A stretch of 64,000 bases of DNA from Camelus dromedarius (lineage: Eukaryota): NCBI RefSeq assembly GCF_036321535.1, contig NC_087437.1, positions 27,468,001 to 27,532,000 on the forward strand, in the 5' to 3' direction. A model generated the notes under the pieces. It was not told the DNA's origin and did not search any database. It worked only from the letters and a program-made list of their open reading frames with translations. This document shows positions 12,336-24,279 of this stretch, in pieces (the stretch's first letter is position 1; every line of letters starts with the position of its first letter). The translations under genes were made by a program, and so were the position numbers.

Positions 12336-13494
12336 CCTGGCTGGGCCACCTGCCGGGCTTGCCTCAAGGATGACCCTCTCTCCTGTTGCCTCGCTGCTGT
12401 CTGCGTGGCCTGGGACATTACACACTGCTGCTTCTGTCTGTGGAACTCCTCTGTCCCTCCTTTCGAGACGTGGCTCACACATCCTGTTGCTTCCACTCCT
12501 GTGTCCCATGGCTGGCAGAGCACTTACCTCGCTTCTGTCAGTGTCTGTGTCCCTGTGTCCCCCTACCTGGAGGATGAATCGCCTCACGTAGGGGCTGCTT
12601 TCTCCTCACCTTTGTAGCACCAGACCCCTGGAGAGCTTCTGGCTCATAGTAGGCATGTAATGCTTGCTGCCAAACACCCATAGTGTTTATTTTACCTTAA
12701 ATTGTCACCTTGATTCCCAAGTAACAATACTTAGTGTCATCACAGTAAATAAAACCAGAGAGAAACGGCCAGTTAAAAAACAACATGGCAGAATGGCAGA
12801 ATTATTCCCCCCGACAAAAACAGGTACCCAGTATTTGCCTCTCACTCAACACCAGCGTCTGTAGGAAATTCTGTTTAAGAGGAAAACTTTTCTAAAGCAT
12901 AAAAAAGATTTCAGTAATTGATGGCACCAGAGCACTTCCACTGAGTGCCAGCAGCCCGTCTCCCCCAGCCCTTTCCCCTACCTTCCAGCCAGAGGGCCTG
13001 AGTTCCCTGCCTGACCGTTCAGCAGGAAGCAGTGTTCCAGCCCCCGGCTGGCTCCCTGCTGGCCCCCGTCCCCTGCCCTGCGGCAGCCCTTTGACTTGGG
13101 CTGTTGTTGACCCCAGCAGCCAGCCTGCACACCACTGCTGCTTTCATCCCCAGGGTGAGCAGCGGCTGGCGCCTGAATGGGGGTTTCAGGTGTCCTGGGG
13201 GTCATTTTATAGAATGCAACTGATTATCTTTTTAAAGCTTTTTATTATGGATGTTTCAAACCTATACAGGGATAGGAGACTGTAACAAAGATTCTATCAC
13301 TTACCACCTGGGTTTGACTGTTCACTCCTGGCCACGCTGGTTCCTGCCCCTGTTCCCCTCCCTCCCCCCCCCCCCGCCCCCTCAAGGCCATGTCATGTCA
13401 GAGTGGGTGACTTTCTGTCCGTGTGGAGCAGTCTTTTCTTACACTTCATGATGATGAATTTTTATTGGCAGCAACGTATTTGGGGAAAACATTA

Positions 13495-14415
13495 AAAAAT
13501 TGTATAATTGCTCTACTGAGATATAATTCACATTTTACAGTTCGTTTTAAGTGTGCTGTTCAGTAGTTTAGAATATGTTCGGAGTTGTGAGACCATCACT
13601 ACATTGTAGAGTGTTCCTTGGAAGGAGTCTCGTACCCGTTAGCAGTCACTTCCCATTTCCCCTCAGTACCCCTCAGCTCTATGGATTTGCCTATTCTGGA
13701 CATTTCGTATAAGTGGAATCATAACATATGTGGCTCTCTGAAACAAGTTTCTTCCAGTTAGCGTAATGTTTTCAAGGTTCATCCATGTAGTATTTACCAG
13801 TAGTTCATGACTTCTTAGGTCTGAATGGTTATTCCATTATAGGCATATGACACATTTTATTTACTTGTTCATCAGTTGACGGACATTTGGCTTGCTTTCA
13901 CTTTTTGACTATTATGAATCATGCTGCTGCAAACATTTGTGTACAGATCTGTGTGTGGACGTGTGTTTTCACTTCTCTTGGGTGTGTAACTAGTTGTGAA
14001 ATTGGTGAGTTAGATGATGACTCTATGTTCAACCTTTTGAGAAAATGCCAAACCGCTTTCCACAGTGGCTACACCCAGCAATGCGGGAAGGTTCTGATTT
14101 CCACAGATTATCACCAGAAGTTGTTATTATCTGTCTTTTTGTTTGTAACTGTCCCAGTGGTACCTTGCTGTGGTTTGGATTTGCACTCGCTGGTGGCTGA
14201 CGATGTTGAGCATCTTTTCACGTGCTTATCATCCATTTGTTTATCTTTGGAGAAATGCCGACTCAGATCCTTTTCCCATTTGAAAAAATGGGTTGTCTTT
14301 TTATTACTGAGTTGTAATCATTCCTTATGTAGTCTGCATCCAAGTCAGATAAATGATTTGCGAATGTTTTCTCCCAATTTGTGAGTTGTCTTTTCACTTT
14401 GTTGATGGCACCCTT
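13495..14415 (-). mobile_element. L1 (L1MA/MB-like) 3' UTR and ORF2 end
   Basis: gagatataattcaca, atggatttgcctattctggacattt, ttcaaggttcatccatg, gatgttgagcatcttttcacgtgctta. Confidence 0.88.
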
Positions 14416-15744
14416 TGATCAAGAAAGCATTTTGACAACAGAAAACATGGGGAAAGTCTTTCAGTCATTTTATTGGGAGTTCAGAAATGGAGTGTGCAGT
14501 GCCTTACATAATGCTGACCGCCCTCCGCCCCCTAATCGGTCTGCACCAAAGTCAGGCTGTTTAAATCCTCCACACCCTGCAGTTTTGAGAAGCAGCCTGT
14601 TTCCACTGTGAAGAGGCAAGAACTATTTTACTGTAGTGGTGCAGCCTCAGGGAGCATGTTGAAAGATAACAGGTTTCTCCATCAAGGAGCCTGTCATCTT
14701 TGACTTAAAGAGCTGATTCAAGTGGGTCACTTCAAAGATGTGCACTTTCGTCTGTGGACTTGGAGTTTTTTTAAAAAAATAATCTTTGTTTCATCTACTT
14801 TATGTAGGGTGTTGCCAGTGGTTTTGATACAGGGAAAGAATTTAGCCAGGAAAATAAGCCTTCACAAAATTAAAAGATATATACACACACACACACATAT
14901 ATATGGTGTCTGTATGCATAACATTTATATTTATACTTATATTTACTGGAAATTTATAAAAAGGATTGAATAAGTTCCATATTTGCTTGGAACTTTGTAG
15001 CACATTAGTTAACAGGTGCTTCTAGTTGCATTGATTGTAATAAAGACAGAATTATTAGGGAATTTAGCATTTTCCCTACTATGGTGTTTGAAACCTTCTA
15101 GGTATGCAGTGATGAGTTTAAACTAGAAAGCAAAGATGTTTGTATGAAGATCTGAGAAGCGGAATAATTGAGGAGGAACTTGATTTTAATAGTTTTATTT
15201 TGGGAGGACCTTACAGTGCATTGATTCAAGTCAGTACTTAGATCTTGAGTGTGTAAGGCATAGTTTTATGGGGATGCAAGAGATGGAGGAAGTTATAACA
15301 CATCGATTGGAGAAGAGAGACAGATCCCTGTTACGTGGTGGGCTGGTGTCCAGAGCCTGGAGAGGCTACATGTGAGATGTGACAGTTGAATTGGGCCCAG
15401 AAAAACTCCCACATGTGAACACGGATGAGTAGCTGAGGTGGAGCCTCGCAGACATGGGAGTCAGAGAGACAGCACCTTGAGCTGACAGCGTATGTAATGG
15501 TAGATAGTATTTGATTTTAATTCCCAGCTAAGGAGTTTGACCTTAATTCATTAAGGACTGCAGATCCATCGAAGGTTTTGGAACCATGAAATTGACATTG
15601 ATTGATACGATAAATACTTGTCCAGACCAGCATGTCAGACCTTGCAGCTCCGCTGAGACAGAAGCAGGGTCTAACATCAGGGATAGTCAAGGTCTAACCT
15701 TTAGTTTCCTTTCTAAAAACTTTTCATGCCAATATTAATGATGG

Positions 15745-15940
15745 TAGTGACCACTTACTGATCCACTTCTGCACTGCGTGCGCTGGGCTAGGTAACTCAT
15801 CCTTACAGTAGCTCTGACATCTGTGTGTTATGGATCCCTCTTGTTGAGATGAGGAAGTTGAGGTTTAGGAGGGTAGATGCCTTGCTCATCACTGAGTGCC
15901 AGGATTTGGACCCCGGGCCATCCTGTCCCAAAGTTCTTTC
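15745..15940 (-). mobile_element. MIR SINE
   Basis: MIR core gagatgaggaagttgaggtttaggagggt...ccaggatttggacccc. Confidence 0.6.
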
Positions 15941-16938
15941 TGCCAGGAGCACTCAGTGTGGCCCTGCATTGCTTCCTGCTCTGTCACTTTGCCAGGACGC
16001 CCTCTCCATGAGCGTTGTTGCATTTGGGGTGCTCTGTGTTTGCCCCCAGGGTGTGTTCCTCCTCTCCTGAGCTCCCAGTTCTCTTATTAATACGGCAGAT
16101 ATTGCAGGCCCTGGGGGATCATCTTTTGATGTAACTTGGCACGTCTCTGTCCTCACCCGCAAAGTGTTTATTTTCATGTACTGGAGTGGGGCATCTCACA
16201 CCTGTCTGTGTGGTTCTGGTTTACCTGGGTGACCTTGTGTTATGCCTGCAGTGGCTGGATCTGTAAAACGGTGGGGTGAACTTCATGACCTCTGAAACCC
16301 CTTCCGTTTTGGGGGTGAGGCATTAACAGAGAAGAATAGTGGCCTTGGGATACTTGGATGACAGGGAAAGCATTGTCCGAGGGACAGGCTGTACTTTTCA
16401 GCACTGACCCCCTCTCCACTCTCAGAAATGTTCGTGTTCACCAGCTGTCTGATGACCTGGCTCTGTGGACCTCAGTTCTGCTGGACCTCAACAAACTGGA
16501 GATGAGGCTGACTCCTCCAGGTTGCTTGATTCGACTTAGAGCTGCTCCGCTTTTGGAGCAGCCTCCTTGCTCACTTCCTGTGTCCTTTCTCCCTTTGAAC
16601 CTCCCCACACCCCATGGTCTCTGTCCGTTCCTGTTGTCTTTTTATCTCCTGGAACCGGGTTCGCTCCAGACCCACTAAACCAGGATCTGGTGGGGTGGGC
16701 GAGGGGCTGGAGACAGTGGCATCGTGTAAGAGCTTCCCTGGCGCTTGCGTTTGCGGTCAGTCCGGGCTGAGGACCCCCACGGTCTGGCACTGCTGCCCTC
16801 GCTTCTCTCCTTTAACCTCCAGTCCTAACGAAGCATGAGAGGGGTCCGTGAATCCTAATAATTTTAAGGAGTGCATTACTAGTGCCATTTGTTATTTTCT
16901 GTTTTTAATTTTTGATGAAAGTATTGTATGCGTCCTAA

Positions 16939-17046
16939 TTTTTTGGGGGGGAGGATTAGGATTGTTTGTTACTTATTTGTGTAATAGATTGAACCCAGGC
17001 CCTCGTGCATGCTAAGCACGTGCTCTGCCATTGGGCTGAACCCTCT
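16939..17046 (-). mobile_element. tRNA-Ala-derived SINE, internally deleted
   Basis: GATTGAACCCAGGCCCTCGTGCATGCTAAGCACGTGCTCTGCCATTGGGCT with the same GGGGGAGG-ATTAGG tail segment. Confidence 0.8.
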
Positions 17047-18997
17047 AGTTCACACTAGACTGTCTGATGTCCCAGACCTCTGACTTGGTCTGATTTGATA
17101 TGACAACTTCATGTCAGTTAAATACAGTTGAAGTTGAAATACACTACTAAGAGGTGTACAGTTGAATTTCATTTGAGTTTTAAAAAGAATTCAGATTGTG
17201 GGATGAAATACTCAGCATATTTTTAAAAAGATATGCGTATGTTTATGTAAACAGTCAAGCACACATAAAGACAAAAACTGAAAAGATATAAAAATATTTA
17301 ATGATTATGAGGTTTTTTTTCTTCTCATATCTGCATTAGAAATTTTCTATAGTGAATGTTCTTCTGTATGAAAAAAAAAAGGCAATCTTGAAAAGAAAAT
17401 ACACTCTGGACAAAGTAGAGGGTGTGTGAATGTGTGTGTTATTTTTAGCTCTTGAGGCTAAAATACTCTGAGGGGATACTGAGAATAGTACCGTACAGAG
17501 AGTGAGTTAATAGCAAGGCTTGGCACACAAAAGCTAGGATTTGGATCCTCATTATTTTTGTTTTCGCTTATTATAGCTCAGCTAAACTCGTCTCATCTGC
17601 TGGTTGGCATTTGTTTTGTTGAACAAGTGACAGTCATGAGACTATTAGTCCATATCAGGGGCACCAGAAAATGATGACATTGGTAATTCATTGTTTTGTT
17701 TTTAGTGCGGCTGGAGTAATTTTAACAATGATATCTGTTATTGGTGATACTTTCTGAAGAACGATTACACCAGGAACAGAATGTTGACCTAGTATCTGTT
17801 CATCTGTTTGCATTGGCTTATTACTGGAGCAACGCATTGGAAACACGTGTGTTTGAATTTCAATTGTAAATAAGACAGCGTTAGAATAAGTGGTTTAGAC
17901 CAAAACTTAGCAGTAGTTATCTCTGGGTACTGTTGTCAAGTAATTTTAACAGTACTTAAAAAATAAAAACAAAGTGCTCCATTTCTAACCGATATTTAGT
18001 TTCTACTCTTTTTTCAAAGTAGGTTCCTTTAAAAATAAGAAGGGAGGGGAACCTATCGCCAAAATAATGGGAAAACCGCATTGTGTGGTCATGTTTCTTC
18101 TGAAATGCTGTCTTGCTATCCTTGGGGAAATTTGACTGTGAACATGCAATTATTACATTTTTATCCACAAAATGGGCTGAAGTTGGTATCACATCCCTCA
18201 TGGTTGCCAGAGGCAACACACTGATTTAATTTGTGCCCCTGTGGCAGATACCTTTGAATAATTTTAGTGATTTTGTTTTTACGTTGCCTTTTCAGTTTCC
18301 TTTTCAGTCTCCTGCCCTTTGCTGCTCACTGCTCTTGCTGATTGAGTTCTAAGCAGAGTAGAGTAATTGAGGGTCCAGACGGTTGTCCAAGAGGCGGCTA
18401 TTCTCCTGTCCCTGGCGGTGCCCAGGGGAGTGGAGTCGACATGCTGTCTGGGCCCAGCCTGCAGGGAATGCCAGTCCTGTTACAGATGGACAAAAACAGA
18501 ACAAGTCTTAATTAGGCGTGTTTGAACCCTGACATGGAGCCTGAAAAACAGACCCTAAGAAAGCTACATTTGGGGGGATTTTGAATTCTTTTGGAGTAGA
18601 ATTGTGATTTTTGTGGAGTGCTCACCTCCACTGTTCTATTTCCCACTTGTGCCTCTGATATTTTTATTGTGCTATTAATTAACACAGAGGATCACCAGAT
18701 AACACTTACTACGAGTGTAGCCATCTCTTCTAGGCTAGGGGGTCACAGAGGCACAAGGGGAGAGCTGGCCAGCACCCCTGCTGGCCAAGTGGGGCAGGTG
18801 TCATTACTTAAGGGCTTTGTGGCAGGAGTGCCTTTCTGAACAATGCTTGCATATGTATGCCAAAGCCATTTTTGTGTAATAGATGTTTTATTTTATAAGT
18901 ACATCCTTAAGGTAACCGGAAAGAGGGAGAGAAAGTTAGGTCTTACAATCATCCTGTCTGGAAATGGACTTTTGTTTGTTTGTTTGTTTACATGCAG

Positions 18998-19167
18998 AGT
19001 GGACACAAATTTCTACCAGGTATCTTCGAGAGCAGTTGGCCAAGATTTCCGACTTTTACCACATGGCTTCCAGCACAGGGGACGGCCCTGTCCCTGTGCC
19101 ACCAGATGTGGAGCAAGCTATGAAGCAGTGGGAGTATAACGAAAAGCTGGCATTTCACATGTTCCAG
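18998..19167 (+). CDS. MED12L: MED12L coding exon (window exon 2, 170 nt)
   Basis: tgcag|AG TGG...TTC CAG|gtaacc; (E)WTQISTRYLREQLAKISDFYHMASSTGDGPVPVPPDVEQAMKQWEYNEKLAFHMFQ; completes the phase-1 codon from the previous exon. Confidence 0.97.
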
Positions 19168-19733
19168 GTAACCCTCCCACGAAACGCAAGGCTGTTAGCG
19201 TGCTTTTAAGAGGAGAAGAGATTCCTTATAGTTTGCTTTTTGCAAGGGGTTAAAATATATTCTTATATGGATGAATACATTCAAAAAAGCCACCTGACAT
19301 TTCTCACATTGACTTATATTAAAGGTATAACACCTTTGCCCTGAGATGACAGCTTCCCGTTGTACATATTGATCACAATGCTTTCAATGATGTCAGCTTT
19401 TTAAATGTCTAATTGCTTTGTAATTATGCTATTAAATGTAATCCTCCTAAACCTTTTGTTTTGCAAAAATTAGAGGTTTATTAAAAAATAATTTTGTGCA
19501 TCCTGTCTTGTTGAGATCTCCTTTAGAGCTTCGTTATTCCAAAGAAAGGTCGTCTTAGTTTTGTTCACCTGCAGTTTAAAATGCAGTTGATCACGTGTGA
19601 GAAAGTTTTGAAAACTGTCAAGCAGTATGGAATTTAAAAAATAAAAAAATAAAAAATGCCATTGAGGGGAGGGGTACGGGCATGGAGGAATGAGTGACCG
19701 CTCATCCCGACACGCTGATATACATCATAGTGA

Positions 19734-19747
19734 CCAGAAGAGGGCGC
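19734..19747 (+). promoter_or_regulatory. CTCF-like motif
   Basis: CCAGAAGAGGGCGC, one mismatch to the core consensus. Confidence 0.55.
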
Positions 19748-20531
19748 TTGTGCCATTATTTGCCTTGATCTTTTCTCCTGACAAGGAGGAAGGGAAAGTG
19801 TATTCAGCTGAAATTGCTGTCTTGATCAAAGAAGAAGGAAGTACAAAGGATGTGTGGTTACTAAATTGCCTCCTTAGAACTTTAATTATAATTTCCAGAT
19901 GGTAAGCAACTTTTTCTTAGGGGTCGAAGTAGGAAAATGCCTGGTTCTTTAGGAAGTGGCATTGTTAGTTTTAAGTTGGTAAAAACCGTTCTTATGAATT
20001 CTAGTTCAATCTATCAGAGAACTGCTTTGGTCCTGCTCTGAGCTTTTATGACTTTTATAGAGCTGAGGATTTAGTCTGTGTCTCTGAAAAAGTGTCTCTC
20101 AGCATGCTTAATATCTTTGGAAGGATTACTTTGTGTATTAGGAACACTGAAATCAGTATCTCTTTTATATAGGAAGCAGGTCCTAAACTGATGAACCTAA
20201 CTGGGATATTAATGTTAAAATTTTAAATTTCATTGTATTTTAATTCACCGTATACTGAAATGTGAAACTGCCTCTAGCATACACATGTGCAGACATGCAT
20301 GTGCAGAAATCAAGGTGCAGGTTCATAACAAGCATCTTGAGGATGGACATTATGTAGTCATGGGAAGTCATGCTTACAAAGATTCTCTTTCTTTGGAACC
20401 TCTCATTCACAGTCTCTTATACCTTAATGCAAAGTTCCATTTTATTTATTTCTTAAAGTTTACTGGTCTGAAAATTTTAAATTGCAGTTTTCCTGTGGCT
20501 AGTCTTGTAACTCTTTTTTGACTAAGAGTTT

Positions 20532-20646
20532 AATTTATTTATTTTGAAGTACCATCAGTCACAATGTGGCAGTTTCTGGTGTACAGCACGATGTCCCAGT
20601 CATGCATAAACATATATATATTTGTTTTTGTATGCTTTTTCATTAG
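20532..20646 (-). mobile_element. Short artiodactyl-type L1 3' end
   Basis: ttttgaagta...acaatgtg...gtttctggtgtacagca; TSD-like TAAG(A/C)GTTT on both sides. Confidence 0.7.
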
Positions 20647-21736
20647 TAAGCGTTTTTAAAATTGGAAACTAGCAATAAGTAAATACTTTGACATCTTGTC
20701 CTATCAATGTGGTGTCACTGTAATGTTTTAAACATAGAAACTATAATTTATCAGTATATTTTTATACGAATCATCGATAATCATGGCAGTGGACCACTGG
20801 GGCTGCATAGTATAAGTCAAGTCGCTAGGAACAAAGTGGGACTTCACGTTAACTACTAACGTTGTTACTGGAATGACTAAAATTGTGAGTGTCTTTCCCA
20901 GAGAGCATAGCTCTTTATTTCTGTCTTGAAGATTCTTCTATCATGTGAATCATAATACAAAGCTATAATAAGAAATAAATATGTATGCACATGGAATGTC
21001 ATAAAGAATGTGTATTTATATGTATGGGTATATGAAGGCAGCAGATGAAAATGTTAACAGTGCTTATGTCAGGAGGGGCTGCACCAACCCTGGGGGGCAT
21101 TTTAGAAGTTTGTGGGTGTGTTATTTTTTAGTGTAGCTATGTTGGAATATTTATACATCATTTTATTATCAGTTCCTTTCATTTCTTTATGTTACAGTTA
21201 GACCATTATATTCATTTTTAAGGTTATATTTATAGGTAGGTTATGATATCTGAAATTCATTTTAGGAGAGAGAAGGAGGCTACTGGGGGGCACTGGATCT
21301 GATGGGATTTTCAGCCTCTTGTCAAGATGAAGGTGTGATGGTTGCTTTTTGTTCTTTATAGTTACCACCAGGGGCCAAGTTTCCTCCTGTGAGGGTGAGT
21401 TCCTGTTACCATGAAGTCTAGTTAGGCATGCCCTGGTGGTATGAAAGATTCTGAATTTTCTTTCTTGTGGGAATTAATTATCATCAATTTAGACTGAAAC
21501 AGATAAGCAAAAACCAAAACCAAAGAAACCCTGGAAGCCAGCCGTACAGAATAACACTAGTTCTTCACTTTTTTTGAGATTTGGACTTTGATTAATGAGA
21601 CCATGTTTTACTACAACAACAACAACAAAGAATAGTAAAATTACACTTAAGCGTAAAAATAACAGTGCTCTTTTTTTAAAATTTTAGTTGGTTTTGCTTT
21701 AACATCATTAGCGTCCTTTTTCTTTGTTCATTTAAG

Positions 21737-21847
21737 GAAGGAATGCTAGAGAAACATGAATATTTGACGTGGATCTTGGACGTCTTAGAAAAGATCAGAC
21801 CAATGGACGATGACCTTCTTAAACTCTTATTACCACTGATGCTGCAG
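21737..21847 (+). CDS. MED12L: MED12L coding exon (window exon 3, 111 nt)
   Basis: tttaag|GAA...CTG CAG|gtacag; [37 protein letters not shown]. Confidence 0.97.
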
Positions 21848-22499
21848 GTACAGTACACGTAACTGTGAGCCAGTTGATTTTATGGGCAAGAACTGAGTCT
21901 GATAAGAATGACTAGGTAAGTAGAGGTGGAAGAGGACAGAATTTCTTGTTGAAATGGAAGGGAAAAAATGTCCTGATGCTACAGCACATGAAGTGATGAG
22001 GGGCTTCTCCTGAGGTCTAGCAGGCATTTGTATTGGCCGTGTTTGTAGCTTTCATCCACATGTCCTTTTCAAATGTCCTCACACACAGTAATTTCCCCCA
22101 CCCCTGAGCTGAGCAAACAGGTCTTTAAATACCGTCTCCTTGTTCACACAGGTTTCTGTGAAAGCAAAACAATTCATCTCCTTCTAAGGATATAGAGGAC
22201 CTTCTCCATTCTTTTGATATTCTTTGAGCCACTGGGCATGGGAGCTTCCTATTTTTGTGATTGGTCTAAGATCTGTTAAAATTTAGGCTATCTGGATGAA
22301 ACTTATTGAAAAAATAAAAATTTCGTGGAAAGGTAATTCATGCTTTTGATGATTCAAACCACATGAAAGAGGATCTGGTGAAAAGTAATTCTTTGTCACC
22401 CTAGTGCCTCCCAGAGACCACACCGTTCTGCTGCTGGTGTCCTATGTCCTCCCTGAGGTGGCCTCTGCCTGTGCCGACCTCTGCAGTCAGTCACTCCTT

Positions 22500-22802
22500 C
22501 CAGACGTGCCTGTTGAGCCCTTGAGATGTGACAAGCACACACTGAGATGCGCTCTTAGTATAACCTGCACACCAGGCTTCAGACTTAGTCCAGAAAAAAA
22601 GGAGCGAATAGTATCTCATGAATGCTTTCTGTGTTGATAGCATGTTGAAATGATAGTGTTCTTGATTTAGCTATATTGGGCTACATAAAATACATCATTC
22701 TTTTAATTTTGCCTGTTTTTTTTTTTTTTTAATGGCTGCTAGAAAATTGAAAATCCCACCTGTGGCTTGCATTATATTTCTATTGGACGGCACTGGTCTA
22801 GA
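22500..22802. mobile_element. MER33/MER3-like hAT MITE
   Basis: ttgagcccttgagatgtg...tggctgctagaaaattgaaaat...gtggcttgcattatatttctattggacggcactg. Confidence 0.75.
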
Positions 22803-22923
22803 CAGTACCTTTGAAGTTTGTTTTTGTTTTTGTTTTTTTAATGAAAAAAAAAGTCTGTATTGCAGTGGTTCTCTGACCGAGGAGCCTAAGACATGGCTGA
22901 GTCTGGTGTCCTGTGCTTCTCAG

Positions 22924-23193
22924 TACTCAGATGAGTTTGTGCAGTCGGCCTACCTGTCTCGTCGTCTGGCCTACTTCTGTGCCCGGCGCCTCGCCCTGCT
23001 GCTGAGTGACAGCCCCACCCTCCTAGCCGCCCACTCGCCGCACATGATGGTAGGAGCGAACAGCTCGAGCATCGGGGCCCCCAGCCCCGGCCCCCCGGGC
23101 CCCGGCATGAGCCCCGTGCAGCTGGCCTTCTCAGACTTCCTCTCCTGTGCGCAGCACGGCCCCCTGGTTTACGGGCTCAGTTGTATGTTGCAG
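22924..23193 (+). CDS. MED12L: MED12L coding exon (window exon 4, 270 nt)
   Basis: cttctcag|TAC...TTG CAG|gtgagt; YSDEFVQSAYLSRRLAYFCARRL...GPLVYGLSCMLQ (inside ORF 22732..23238). Confidence 0.97.
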
Positions 23194-23332
23194 GTGAGTC
23201 CCTGGTCCTTCCCGTTCCGTGTTAAACACTCCGTGTAGGGAACAGCTGAGCTGGGAGCTGCATCTTCAACGTTCATGTCATGTCTCTAGTGGTTTCCTCA
23301 TCCGAGTAATCTATAGATGGAAGTTTCATGGT

Positions 23333-23576
23333 TTATTTTTTTAAAACTCAATAAATATCTTTTATTAAAGAAAAAAAGGAATATTGTTAAGCACCAAAAC
23401 TGTATGTTGTATTGAATGTACAAGAAGAGAAAGGTGATTGCAATACCTGGTGTACAAGTACTTAACTCTGAAGTCATGGGTGTTAGAAAGAAAAAACATG
23501 AAATACAAAGCAGTACAGTAATTACAGTGCAGAGAAGCTGCACTGAAGAGCAAAAGGCAGCAATCAGAACAGTTAC
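23333..23576 (-). pseudogene. 5'-truncated processed (retrocopied) mRNA 3' UTR fragment, parent unidentified
   Basis: On -: AATAAA (23366-23361), 18 nt, then an A-tract (23342-23333); flanked by direct repeats TGGAAGTTTCATGGT (23318-23332) and TGGAGATTTCATAGT (23577-23591); the body resembles no repeat family I recognise. Confidence 0.6.
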
Positions 23577-23647
23577 TGGAGATTTCATAGTATTGTTCTG
23601 AATGCTTGCTTAGTTTTTTCCTTTGTACTTTTAGTACTTCAGAATGT

Positions 23648-23797
23648 ATTTTTTAATTAAATTTTATTTTTTTGTTGGGCGGAGGTAATTAGGTTTGTTG
23701 ATTTATTTATTTATTTTTAATGGAGTTACTGGGGATTGAACCCAGGACCTCATACACGCCAGGCACACACTCTACCAGTTGCCTATACCGCCCCCAA
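23648..23797 (-). mobile_element. tRNA-Ala-derived SINE
   Basis: Same head and tail as the other copies; TSD-like CTT(C/T)AGAATGT on both sides. Confidence 0.88.
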
Positions 23798-24136
23798 TGC
23801 TTTAGAATGTTAATTGAGCATATTTAAGTATTGTAAATTTGCAAGAGTTGCCGTTTACATTACACTTCACCACACACTGTCCATTTAGTGTAACAGGTGT
23901 TAAAGCCATCCTGAAAAGCCAAGCACAATGTGCTAGTGTTTTGCTTCTACCATTATAACGTTGCACAAAGCTAGTAAATTGGTTTGCCATTACAATTTTC
24001 ATTTAACCAGAAAGGCTTAAAAAATGTCAGTTTCATCTGCCCTAATGGGCTTTTATTCATGCAAAAGGATCTGTAGCCTTTGTTTTTTCATAAACTATAT
24101 ATTATGGTTTTACAGGTGGGGAAGTTTCAGGTTTTT

Positions 24137-24279
24137 TTGAAAATTTTATTTATTTTTTTGGTTGGGGGGAGGTAATTAGGTTTATTTATTTATTCTTGGA
24201 GGAAGTGCTGGGGATTGAACCCAGGACCTCATGCACGCTAAGCAAGCACTCCACCACAGAGCTATGCGCTAGCCCCGCC
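24137..24279 (-). mobile_element. tRNA-Ala-derived SINE
   Basis: Same family; TSD-like GGAAGTTTCAGGTTTTT (24120-24136) and GGAGGTTTCATGTTTTT (24280-24296). Confidence 0.88.

Noticed and set aside
22732..22923. N-terminal extension of the MED12L exon in ORF 22732..23238
   Set aside because: The ATG is inside a MER33-like MITE; MED12L similarity begins exactly at the acceptor at 22924.
23298..23601. Small ORFs over the AT-rich insert as a protein-coding gene
   Set aside because: No recognisable protein; the sequence has the geometry of a non-coding 3' UTR retrocopy.
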